Shown here: positions 1 to 7,905 of the stretch, piece after piece
How positions within the stretch are numbered: the stretch's first letter is position 1
Layout: each line of letters opens with the position of its first letter
Source: a virus
Taxonomy: Duplodnaviria; Heunggongvirae; Uroviricota; Caudoviricetes
Length of the DNA: 47,454 nucleotides
Virus record (IMG/VR): IMGVR_UViG_3300033121_000823
Location: 83,348 to 130,801 of that record
Direction: 5' to 3' (one strand)
The notes under the pieces: model-generated
Seen by the model: only the letters and a program-made list of their open reading frames with translations
What the model was told of the DNA's origin: nothing
The model's database searches: none
Program-made: the position numbers and the translations under genes

Positions 1-327
1 TTGTTTTTGTCCAAAAAGAATATCACCTTCATCTACTTCATATTTTTTTATACGGTATCCTTCTTTAAAGAGGTCCAAAAGAACATCATTAAACCAATCC
101 TTCAACTGATTTAACGATGTAAAACCAAAACAAAAATTAGACTGTTCATCATCGGTTAAATTATCCCAAGCTTGAATATCAGCCCATGGAGGAGGAACAT
201 TATCTCTCCCTTTAGAGCGAACATGACTATTCATACGTAGCCAAAATTTGGCTGTTTGGTTAGGATTTCTATAAGGACCATATCCATTCTTATTCTCTAC
301 ACGGAATACTTTGAATTTTTGACCCAT
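1..327 (-). CDS. Conserved-looking phage hypothetical protein, 3' end outside window (109 codons visible)
   Basis: Not in ORF track because it has no stop in the window. ATG at 327 with GAGG 9 nt upstream; open to position 1: MGQKFKVFRVENKNGYGPY...PPPWAD...FCFGFTSLNQLKDWF...EGYRIKKYEV...FGQKQ. Overlaps the phosphoesterase 3' end by 38 nt. Confidence 0.75.
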   Translation of the reverse strand, partial: MGQKFKVFRVENKNGYGPYRNPNQTAKFWLRMNSHVRSKGRDNVPPPWADIQAWDNLTDDEQSNFCFGFTSLNQLKDWFNDVLLDLFKEGYRIKKYEVDEGDILFGQKQ

Positions 328-979
328 TGAGATAGACCTCATCTCCAGAGATTTCTACGTCAACATATGAAAGTTCTGCCAAGCAGATAAATAAAGTGTC
401 ATCATACTTAAACATTCTATTCCTATGATGATGACCAAAAATCCACAATTTTGGTTTGTGAACTTTAAAACATTCATCGAGAAGGATTTGGGTTGCAGAC
501 GTATAGTTTCTTGCAAAACCAAATTTTGGAAGTATATCTGAACTTGACACATATTCCACTACCCTTGATGGACAGTCATGACTAAGCATGACTAGAATCT
601 CATCTTTACACTGTTTGTAGGATTGTAGAATTTTTGACCCGTATTCAATGGCTGGTTCTTCGTCATTTAAAAAGGATTGTTTTCCACCAAGCAGAAAATC
701 TCTATATCTAAGTTCCCAGTCAATAGATTGGGCACCAGAGATATAATGGTATCCACGATGATTACCGAAAATATTTAAACAGTTAGAAGGAGAATGATAT
801 GGCGACCATTTCCAATTATCATGATTCCCCATAAAGAATTTATGGTTGTAATCTATTTCTCCAGCGTCAAAGACGCTGTAGTCATACGACATATCACCAA
901 TTTGTATACTTTCATCGCATTCGGCGATAATCTTCTTATACCCTTCGATTTTTCCGTGAACGTCACCAATAATACGCAT
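290..979 (-). CDS. Calcineurin-like metallophosphoesterase
   Basis: Motifs GDVHG, IGD, GNHDN, LSHD and FGHHH in the canonical order. Confidence 0.9.
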   Translation of the reverse strand: MRIIGDVHGKIEGYKKIIAECDESIQIGDMSYDYSVFDAGEIDYNHKFFMGNHDNWKWSPYHSPSNCLNIFGNHRGYHYISGAQSIDWELRYRDFLLGGKQSFLNDEEPAIEYGSKILQSYKQCKDEILVMLSHDCPSRVVEYVSSSDILPKFGFARNYTSATQILLDECFKVHKPKLWIFGHHHRNRMFKYDDTLFICLAELSYVDVEISGDEVYLNGSKIQSIPCRE

Positions 980-986
980 GATTCAC

Positions 987-1202
987 CTACAAATTGTTGA
1001 TGATTCTTTCTAATGAGAGAAGATTTAACGTCTGAGCATCTCTAACTAACGTGAATTCATATGAGACAATATCTAGCTCTTTTCCATTGATATGTCTATC
1101 CATGACAATTTTGAGAGATTTCATATCTCCATCACTATCAAGATAATATCTTTGGAAACCCTTGTAGCCCCACCTGTAGTAATAGACATATAAAATATAC
1201 AT
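987..1202 (-). CDS. Hypothetical protein (71 aa)
   Basis: Tightly packed, co-oriented with neighbours. Confidence 0.6.
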   Translation of the reverse strand: MYILYVYYYRWGYKGFQRYYLDSDGDMKSLKIVMDRHINGKELDIVSYEFTLVRDAQTLNLLSLERIINNL

Positions 1203-1204
1203 TT

Positions 1205-1516
1205 TTATACCTCAAAGCAAATTTTGTCCTGGAAAAACGAAGGAAGAACTTCCATACCAGCTGGGTCAACTACAATATTATGTGCTAACTTCTCGTAGAT
1301 AGAACTAATATTGTCTTCACCAACAATACGAAATTTAGCTCCAATCTTTACTGTTTCCAGTTTTTGCGGAACATAAACTGTTTTTTCATATATGTGGGTT
1401 ATGGGGAGGCCATTATCAGTTAAGGATACATCTTCCTTAACTTTTTGGCAAAGTAAACTTCCAATAGAAGAAAAATCTACAAACCAACTTCCCTTTGCAA
1501 TTTCAGAAAATTTCAC
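1205..1516 (-). CDS. Hypothetical protein with two tandem small beta-type repeats
   Basis: GTG start with AAGGA upstream; FSEIAKGSWFV...LCQKV resembles LETVKIGAKFR...IYEKL. Confidence 0.65.
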   Translation of the reverse strand: MKFSEIAKGSWFVDFSSIGSLLCQKVKEDVSLTDNGLPITHIYEKTVYVPQKLETVKIGAKFRIVGEDNISSIYEKLAHNIVVDPAGMEVLPSFFQDKICFEV

Positions 1517-1560
1517 AAAATATTCCTTATGAAGATGGTGCTTTTGCCGGTCGTGCCCCT

Positions 1561-1594
1561 ATTATACTAGGTATGACCCTACCAAGCAAGGGGG
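1561..1594 (-). promoter_or_regulatory. sigma70-type promoter, CCCC-TTG class
   Basis: Minus strand CCCCC-TTGCTT-17 nt-TATAAT. Confidence 0.75.
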
Positions 1595-1602
1595 TCTTTT
1601 TC

Positions 1603-2058
1603 TTACGAAGAAAAATCTAGGCAGACCATCTTATCTCCACGAAATCCAACATTTCCACTATGAATATCTTTTAACCATGCTGGCATATTTGAGCAAAACA
1701 TATCTCCTAATTTAGACTCAAAATCGCCCATAATACTGTATAGTTTTTCATATTCTGTCTTAAATAGTGGATGATGACGAATGAGCATAACATGCTCAAC
1801 GAGCACTCCAGTACATCGTTTTGAAGTGAAGGTATCATAAATAAATGTGCCATATCCATCTAGGGCGGCACGCTTATTTTCTTCAAATGAAAAGCTGGAA
1901 AGATTATAGTTAGGAAATACTTTTAAGCCAAATTTATCATTTAGCTTAAAATAACAACAATTAACTCCACTAGCCAATCCTACACACTCATGGTCAAAGT
2001 CTTCCGAATCCATACTGGATTCAATATTAGCAAGAATCTCTTTAATTTTATTTAGCAT
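1603..2058 (-). CDS. Minimal protein-kinase-like protein
   Basis: GLKVF (beta3 Lys), VLVEHV (hinge), KDIHSGNV (catalytic loop D-x-H-x-x-N), CLDFS (DFG-like); ends right after the DFG-like motif. Confidence 0.7.
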   Translation of the reverse strand: MLNKIKEILANIESSMDSEDFDHECVGLASGVNCCYFKLNDKFGLKVFPNYNLSSFSFEENKRAALDGYGTFIYDTFTSKRCTGVLVEHVMLIRHHPLFKTEYEKLYSIMGDFESKLGDMFCSNMPAWLKDIHSGNVGFRGDKMVCLDFSS

Positions 2059-2073
2059 GACCGCGCGAGCCTT

Positions 2074-2553
2074 TTAGTTTAGGTGATACGTATATGCCCT
2101 ATGCCTAATCAATCTAACTCTATCGGCCACGATACAAAGTCTATTATTAGACTCATAGTCAATAGCCAAAACATCCTTGTACTCTAGGATTGATATGTAA
2201 AATGTATCAGACTCGCGAATAATTCTTTCCCCATAATCTATAGCTCCTGCTAGATTATAGAATAGATGGAATCCTGAGATATAGTTAACACTGCTGTCAA
2301 AACTGTCAAGTATTCTTCTATTATACGCTTTTAACCATCTTGACTCGTGGAAGGAATCCATTCCACAATGGTATGATTTTTTACTTACTGGTAGAAAGAC
2401 TTTATATCCAATACCATAATCACGGATTAAGGATACTTTCTTCTTTTCTCTTTTTGTGAGAGGAATAATACCTTCTACCTTTCCAAAAAGATTATAATTC
2501 CCTTCCCAGGTAAGTTCATAATGTTTCCGCCAGATGATTTTAGATAAACACAT
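2074..2553 (-). CDS. Hypothetical protein (159 aa)
   Basis: Co-oriented ORF in the early block; no motif recognised. Confidence 0.7.
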   Translation of the reverse strand: MCLSKIIWRKHYELTWEGNYNLFGKVEGIIPLTKREKKKVSLIRDYGIGYKVFLPVSKKSYHCGMDSFHESRWLKAYNRRILDSFDSSVNYISGFHLFYNLAGAIDYGERIIRESDTFYISILEYKDVLAIDYESNNRLCIVADRVRLIRHRAYTYHLN

Positions 2554-3061
2554 AATTCTAGCTAATTCCTTTTTATTTAGGAATAATTCCCTTGGAAATT
2601 GGTAAGTTTTATATAGACTTCTTAACTTAAAAGGCTATATAGTGTAAGATTAAGAAGAAGGATAGGATATCCAATAAAAGAAAGAAAGTATATCCAAGTA
2701 AATATACAGGAAATCCTAATAAACGTAAGAAAGAACATAGAAAGAGACAGGGAAAGGATAGGAAAATGGAAAAATTGTTAGTTTTTTGCATTTTTTCACA
2801 TTTTTCTACCATTTTTTACACCATTATCCTCTCAAAAACACAAATTTTCAAAAAATTCCTCTAAAAACCTACATAGTCTCAGAAAAATTTTTAGAAAACT
2901 CGCCATTCCAATACCAAAAAGTACGTGAAAACGCACTAAGGGCGTAGTTTTAACCACTAACGCCCACTTTTCCAAAAAACAGCTTTTTCGAATGTATAGG
3001 CGGTTTTATTCTTTTTTCCCTAGGGGAGAATCAAAATTTTCAAAAATGATAAGGGAAGATT

Positions 3062-3268
3062 TTACGCCACTATTTCCTTAATCTTCCGTTGCAACTTCAA
3101 AGTTTCCTCCACATGTCCACTGGCAAACACACTTTCTTCATCCGTAAACGGATTGAATTCGCTCAAAACCCACTCATCTCCCTTCAAAGAAATTGAACAG
3201 AATCCACTATAGAAGTTTTCACCATCACGCTCAAATCCACACTTTTCCAATACTTCGTAGATGTCCAC
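3062..3268 (-). CDS. Hypothetical protein; start revised to GTG at 3268 (MDIYEVLEKCGF...)
   Basis: AAGGA lies 8 nt before GTG 3268, in frame with track ORF 3062..3331. Confidence 0.6.
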   Translation of the reverse strand: MDIYEVLEKCGFERDGENFYSGFCSISLKGDEWVLSEFNPFTDEESVFASGHVEETLKLQRKIKEIVA

Positions 3269-3281
3269 TTTAGTGTTCCTT

Positions 3282-3374
3282 CTATTCAGGAAAAGACATT
3301 TGCTGTTCTTCAAACTCACGCCAATATTCAATGGGCATTTTGCAGTGTTCTTCGGATATGGTGATAAGTTTCAT
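3282..3374 (-). CDS. Small acidic ORF (30 aa, MKLITISEEH...SFPE)
   Basis: AAGGA immediately upstream; its stop abuts the next SD; below track length cut-off. Confidence 0.4.
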   Translation of the reverse strand: MKLITISEEHCKMPIEYWREFEEQQMSFPE

Positions 3375-3449
3375 GTCCTTATTCCACCGCTTTGCCCACA
3401 CGCGGATTTTCATTTTCTTTAATCCGCTAACTTCTTTTGTGTGAAACAC

Positions 3450-3728
3450 TTACAGCCTCACAGCAATAGAAAATGAATCGCTTAGTATCATAACTTCAAA
3501 GCCAAGTTTTTCAAAATGACCTTTTACAGTATTAGGATTGTCACATATACTAACATAAATTCTAAATGTATCGGGTTTATGTTTTCCATCAAAATCTTCA
3601 ATAATTTGAGCAAATTTTTGCTCTACTTCTTGTTCAAGTTGCTTAAGTCGTTTTTCACGCTCTACAGCACTATTATACAAATGAATTTTGTTAATAGCCG
3701 CCATACGAATTTGTTCAGCAGTAATCAT
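3450..3728 (-). CDS. Hypothetical protein, distant member of the local paralog family
   Basis: MITAEQIR...HFEKLGFEV...IAV pattern resembles neighbours. Confidence 0.7.
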   Translation of the reverse strand: MITAEQIRMAAINKIHLYNSAVEREKRLKQLEQEVEQKFAQIIEDFDGKHKPDTFRIYVSICDNPNTVKGHFEKLGFEVMILSDSFSIAVRL

Positions 3729-3767
3729 ACATAATTCCTTACGTTGAAAGGACTTGCCACGCCCACC

Positions 3768-3800
3768 ATTGTACTATGTAGTGACCATCAAAACAAGGGG
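3768..3800 (-). promoter_or_regulatory. sigma70-type promoter, CCCC-TTG class
   Basis: CCCC-TTGTTT-17 nt-TACAAT. Confidence 0.7.
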
Positions 3801-3801
3801 T

Positions 3802-4113
3802 CTACTGGATACGCCCAACGTATCTTAGACGTACACCAATATAGAAAGTTGGGTATTCTTCATCAAAGTCAATATGATGGACATCTAAACATCTATGGTC
3901 GAAATATTCTTTTACACTATCAAATAATAGTTCTTTTGGCAACTCTATTCGTAAAAAGTATTCCTCCAGAGGAACTGTTCCATCATACCTTTCGGCCAAT
4001 CGGCACCACTTACCAATAACTTCCTTATAGAAATTTTCAAGACGAATTTTAGAACTGTTAACGTAAGTGTTTCTCTTACTTAACATCAATACTGCTAACT
4101 CGTTAGGTGTCAT
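3802..4113 (-). CDS. Hypothetical protein, paralog family
   Basis: LENFYKEVIGKW...YDG...VKEYF aligns by eye with 4153..4470 and 4796..5140. Confidence 0.75.
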   Translation of the reverse strand: MTPNELAVLMLSKRNTYVNSSKIRLENFYKEVIGKWCRLAERYDGTVPLEEYFLRIELPKELLFDSVKEYFDHRCLDVHHIDFDEEYPTFYIGVRLRYVGRIQ

Positions 4114-4152
4114 AGCTTCCTCAAATTAATAGGAAAAGAAATGTATGGGCGA

Positions 4153-4470
4153 CTACCGCGAAATATACACTTTCAAAAACCTGTAGAAATATTCATTCTC
4201 AAAATAATACATTACGATTCTAAATCCATACTTTTTCATGTAATCTACTACAACGTCAGCGATTAAATTACCACGTTCAACTTGAACAAACTCATTGTAT
4301 GGGTCTGTACTACCAGTGTAGTTTTCGAGCCGTTCATTCCACGCCTTAATAGTATTTTCGTGGAACGTGTTTAATTTTTCGGCGAGCAACCGATTTTCCT
4401 CTTCCTCTTCTTTTTTAAGATATTCTTTTCGGCGGGCGTTCATGACTTCTAAGATTGCAGAAGCTAACAT
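4153..4470 (-). CDS. Hypothetical protein, paralog family
   Basis: MLASAILE...FHENTIKAWN..LENY...YMKKYGF. Confidence 0.8.
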   Translation of the reverse strand: MLASAILEVMNARRKEYLKKEEEEENRLLAEKLNTFHENTIKAWNERLENYTGSTDPYNEFVQVERGNLIADVVVDYMKKYGFRIVMYYFENEYFYRFLKVYISR

Positions 4471-4480
4471 TTATTGTTCC

Positions 4481-4781
4481 TTATACCTTAAGATGTACGC
4501 GCAAATGACCTAGACGTTCATAGTCATCAGTTTCATACAGTTTACAGATAAAACCCCTGGCCAACATAAAGGCTTGAATCTTTTCTATACGTACGTCTGG
4601 ATGTTTAATGATGATATATTTCTTATCAACATCATTACTTCCATTCTTTTAGCACATCAGAATAGAACTTCTCTAGAATTGCGTTTTCAAGAATGCTCTG
4701 GTCCTTAGCCTTCTTTGTAAGAAAGTATGCCCTACGAGCAGTCATAATTTGTAGTATTTGTTCCGGCGAATACATCTTCAT
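4481..4781 (-). pseudogene. Frameshifted member of the paralog family
   Basis: ATG 4781 (GGAG SD) encodes MKMYSPEQIL...KFYSDVLKEWK and stops at 4635; the +1 frame continues NDVDKKYIII...FMLARGFIC...HLRVHLKV to TAA 4481, matching the paralogs' C-terminal half. Confidence 0.65.
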
Positions 4782-4795
4782 AGCTCCTTCAGTTT

Positions 4796-5140
4796 CTAGC
4801 TTGTCCAAATGTCAGAATTTTCAGTAGGTTTAGCAAGATATACATGAAGAAAGCTTGGTACATCAGACTCATGTACGACAAAACCATGTTGTGCCATATA
4901 CTTTTTTACTATTTCGATATCAACGCCAGGACTCCAAACTGAAACATATTGTTCGTGGGGTTCAAGTATACTATACCGATAATTTTCCAAAAACCGATTC
5001 CATGTAGCGATTGTATCTTCATGAAATTTTTTAAGTTTTCCAGGAATACAAATCTGTTCTGCTAGCTCTCTTTCTTTCTGCTCGGTAATATATTGCGAAT
5101 TTAAAGATTTGATGGATTCTAAAATTTGACTAGCTAGCAT
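4796..5140 (-). CDS. Hypothetical protein, paralog family
   Basis: MLASQILE...FHEDTIATWN..LENY...YMAQHGF...LHVYL. Confidence 0.8.
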   Translation of the reverse strand: MLASQILESIKSLNSQYITEQKERELAEQICIPGKLKKFHEDTIATWNRFLENYRYSILEPHEQYVSVWSPGVDIEIVKKYMAQHGFVVHESDVPSFLHVYLAKPTENSDIWTS

Positions 5141-5143
5141 ATA

Positions 5144-5317
5144 TTATTCCTTAGTTGGTAAATATTTATTAAGAAAAGTTTTCATTCGGCGGCGAGAACT
5201 TCTTTTGGCCGACTTATTTGTTTTACTTGTTCGGTAGAAGCAGCTACAGTCATATTTCTGACTACGACTAACTTCCAGCAGTTTCTTGAATTTTATCATA
5301 CTTACACAAATCTTCAT
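5144..5317 (-). CDS. Small basic ORF (57 aa)
   Basis: MKICVSMIKFKK...RRRMKTFLNKYLPTKE; stop abuts the next gene; SD weak. Confidence 0.4.
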   Translation of the reverse strand: MKICVSMIKFKKLLEVSRSQKYDCSCFYRTSKTNKSAKRSSRRRMKTFLNKYLPTKE

Positions 5318-5623
5318 GAGAGTTAAGAAGTTCTTTCCGCTAACCTCTTTATTTCAGTATAGACCAATCCCCTATACATAATAAAGACAGGCGAAGCAAG
5401 ACTTGAGTACTTAATAGATAGCTAACCCAGGAATAGAGAAAAAGCTAACAGTCGGCTGAAAATTTCTTAGTTCCTATAACTAGCTGACCTTAGCTAACAA
5501 ACCACATACACATTTTTTCTCTATTAAATATTGTCGTTTTAATCTTTGTAGATTCAACCTCGTAAGAGAACAACCCTCGATAGATAACTAACTGTTCCCG
5601 CCATCGCTTATGCTCCTATAAGA

Positions 5624-5652
5624 GACATACTCTGTTTTTGATGCCGCGTCAA
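5624..5652 (-). promoter_or_regulatory. Possible sigma70 promoter
   Basis: TTGACG-17 nt-TATGTC with AG before the -10, as in the other early promoters; -10 is weak. Confidence 0.45.
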
Positions 5653-5795
5653 CCCTTTTTGCGAAATACCTGGAAACTTTTCTAAAATAATTAGCTGACT
5701 GGCTAACTACCGCGACTTGGCCGACTTTTAACGGGTCTAGTTTAGCTAGAACAGATTCAGCAAAATATTTAATATCCGCATCCGTTGCGAAGCAA

Positions 5796-5830
5796 CGAAA
5801 AAGCCCAGACTATCTTGCGATAGCTGGGCT
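5796..5830 (-). terminator. Intrinsic terminator
   Basis: AGCCCAG-CTATC-GCAA-GATAG-T-CTGGGCT followed by TTTT. Confidence 0.75.
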
Positions 5831-5837
5831 AAAAAGT

Positions 5838-5897
5838 TTAGGAGCGACTTATCAAGAATCCTACCAAAATTCCTACGATTATCCCGCAAGTAGTCAT
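5838..5897 (-). CDS. 19-aa hydrophobic peptide MTTCGIIVGILVGFLISRS
   Basis: Strong SD (GAGGGGAG) 6 nt before ATG 5897; TAA 5838 directly before a terminator. Confidence 0.5.
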   Translation of the reverse strand: MTTCGIIVGILVGFLISRS

Positions 5898-5961
5898 CCA
5901 AAACTCCCCTCTAGGGAAAGGGGAGGGAATAACTCCCCCTCCCCACGTTGTTGAATGATTA

Positions 5962-6438
5962 CTAGACGTTAATCACGTTGTCATCATTTTCTGATTCTTG
6001 TGGAGTGTCCAAATCCCCCATTTGTGGAGCATCCAAATCGAAACTGAATTGCGAGACAATATCTGCGATGGCTGCCTTATTCTTTCCACGTCTGGCAGGA
6101 CTTGGCAATTGTTCGTCCAAGAACTTCTCGACTTTCTTTTCAAACGCCTTAAGGTCATCGGTCCGCTTGTGGAGCTGCCAATCCTCTAGGGTACGTCTAT
6201 GCTTTTCATACAAGCTTTTTGCCATTGCATTGCGAGTATTACTCACAAAGGTGGACAATCCTTGGCAGCCGCCCCGTTCGTCCACTTCATATGCAGTCCC
6301 CAATTCAGCATTGAGAATAATCGCAATCTGACCAATGGTTTTCCCGGCTGCTGTTTCGCGTTTCCAGATTGGAAGAAACGCATTAACATCGACAGACTTA
6401 CCCCGCGGTTTACGTGTTCGGTTCAAATTCATACACAA
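5962..6438 (-). CDS. Putative DNA-binding protein (HTH-like N-half, acidic tail)
   Basis: Basic N-terminus, AGKTIGQIAIILN (HTH-like pattern), acidic C-terminus; function inferred. Confidence 0.7.
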   Translation of the reverse strand: MCMNLNRTRKPRGKSVDVNAFLPIWKRETAAGKTIGQIAIILNAELGTAYEVDERGGCQGLSTFVSNTRNAMAKSLYEKHRRTLEDWQLHKRTDDLKAFEKKVEKFLDEQLPSPARRGKNKAAIADIVSQFSFDLDAPQMGDLDTPQESENDDNVINV

Positions 6439-6490
6439 TTCCCCTTACAAAGAAACTAAACAACTCTATCCAAAGCTAGCAACGTGCTAG

Positions 6491-6808
6491 CTATTTTACA
6501 CTGTAGTGAAAAGCAGACTCCCTTAACTTGTCGAGAATAATCTTATAAAAGATTACTCGACGTTCCGTTCTACTCAATCTTCGACCGTTTCGCCGAAAAT
6601 GTTTTCGTTGGGAAAACCTTACGATATTCCCATTTTCCATGACAATCCCAGTTTTTAGCTGGGACGCAATTCCATCTCGCAATTTTCGATGTTCAAAACT
6701 TTCTGCCTTAAAGGCAGGATAAGTGAACACGCGAACTGCTTTCCTTAATTCTTTTAGGACGTCACTTGTCGCAACAGTCCTTTGAACACTCTGTTGAGTA
6801 TCCATCAT
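6491..6808 (-). CDS. Basic hypothetical protein (105 aa)
   Basis: Directly downstream of tandem promoters; Arg/Lys-rich C-half. Confidence 0.7.
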   Translation of the reverse strand: MMDTQQSVQRTVATSDVLKELRKAVRVFTYPAFKAESFEHRKLRDGIASQLKTGIVMENGNIVRFSQRKHFRRNGRRLSRTERRVIFYKIILDKLRESAFHYSVK

Positions 6809-6817
6809 TATGTCCCC

Positions 6818-6920
6818 ATTGTACTAGCTACTTCCCATCGACGCAAGGGGTGTTTTTCATTCTCACAACCCCCGTTTCCATGCCCCTATTCTACTAGCTT
6901 GTTCCCTATCATGCAAGGGG
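6818..6920 (-). promoter_or_regulatory. Two tandem sigma70 promoters (70-bp duplication), CCCC-TTG class
   Basis: CCCC-TTGCAT-17-TAGAAT (6888-6920) and CCCC-TTGCGT-17-TACAAT (6818-6850). Confidence 0.75.
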
Positions 6921-6954
6921 TGTTTTTTATTCACCCCTAACCATTCCCCCCCTC

Positions 6955-7266
6955 ACAAGTGTATTTATACTATGTCCTTCCCGGTGAGGATACCCCCCAT
7001 CCGGCGGCGGGTCTGGATTGGCTGGTACAAAACCCTTTATTATACTTTCTACATTCCAATAAGTCAACACCCCCCGTCTGGCGACGGAAGTAGGTTAGCT
7101 AACTCGTTTTTTCATTTATTATACTATCTTGCTCCCTGGCTGGCTACCCCCCCATTTGGCGAAAGGACTATATTGGCTGAGTCAATCCCCTATTTGGCGA
7201 ATGGGTTAGGTTAGCTGTGACATAAATAGTCACCCAGAAACGTCCCACCGCCAATTACGGTAGGAC
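6955..7266 (-). repeat. Regulatory cassette A: hairpin, 4 x 38-bp unit, 3 promoters
   Basis: 13-mer boxes at 7018, 7095, 7173, 7211; -10/-35 pairs at 6964/6987, 7039/7062, 7118/7141, each 17-nt spaced; hairpin 7242-7266. Confidence 0.75.
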
Positions 7267-7282
7267 CAGACGACTTTAGAAA

Positions 7283-7471
7283 CTACTTGGCGTCATTCAA
7301 ATCGGCAAACAGTGTTTCACTGAAAAACTCTCGCCGTCTTGCAGCCAACACATCGGGCGGAATCATTGGTTGGCACTGTTCATGTTGGCCTTTGGTGCGA
7401 TATGATTCGCGACCAAAGGACGTACGGATATCCGGGATACCTGGAGCCACAAAAATTTGCGTAGCAGTCAT
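7283..7471 (-). CDS. Hypothetical protein (62 aa)
   Basis: GGAGG SD 6 nt before ATG. Confidence 0.7.
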   Translation of the reverse strand: MTATQIFVAPGIPDIRTSFGRESYRTKGQHEQCQPMIPPDVLAARRREFFSETLFADLNDAK

Positions 7472-7579
7472 GACAATCCTCCAAAGAACTAACCAAGATA
7501 TACTCGAAGTGAGTATAGCTAAGTAGATTCTTCGCGGACCTGCCCAACAGGATGGGCAGGTATGGTTTGACGGTGTGGA

Positions 7580-7837
7580 TTATCCTACCCAACTTATGCG
7601 GTATCGTCCATATTCACATGTTTCGTCAAGATTAATTAGGTCGAAATTGTCGACCCCTAATGCGAAAACTTTAAATCCTCCATTCTCAAGTCTTTTCCTC
7701 AATTCCTGATTTAGGATTACACCCGAGATACCAAACTCCCCCCTGTTGGCTGCCCTTGCAATCCTTTTCTTAATTTTGGAAAAAGAGTCCTGATTTCTCT
7801 TTTCAATCGCTCGACTCCTCGCTTTCGATGCATCCAT
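7580..7837 (-). CDS. Hypothetical protein; start revised to MDASKAR at 7837
   Basis: GAGGA SD 8 nt upstream; ASKAR...IKKRIARAANRG...LENGGFKV...RISW resembles a common small phage protein pattern and loosely the 3450..3728 gene. Confidence 0.7.
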   Translation of the reverse strand: MDASKARSRAIEKRNQDSFSKIKKRIARAANRGEFGISGVILNQELRKRLENGGFKVFALGVDNFDLINLDETCEYGRYRISWVG

Positions 7838-7868
7838 TGTACTATCCTCATCCCGAAAAAACAAGGGG
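7836..7868 (-). promoter_or_regulatory. sigma70-type promoter overlapping a translation start
   Basis: CCCC-TTGTTT-17-TACAAT; the -10 overlaps ATG 7837. Confidence 0.55.
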
Positions 7869-7905
7869 TAGTTTAGTCGTCCCATTGACTCCATTAACCG
7901 CCCTT

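Noticed and set aside
115-140. Possible frameshift in T-runs of the first ORF
   Set aside because: Careful reading gives AAT TTT TGT TTT GGT TTT ACA, fully in frame.
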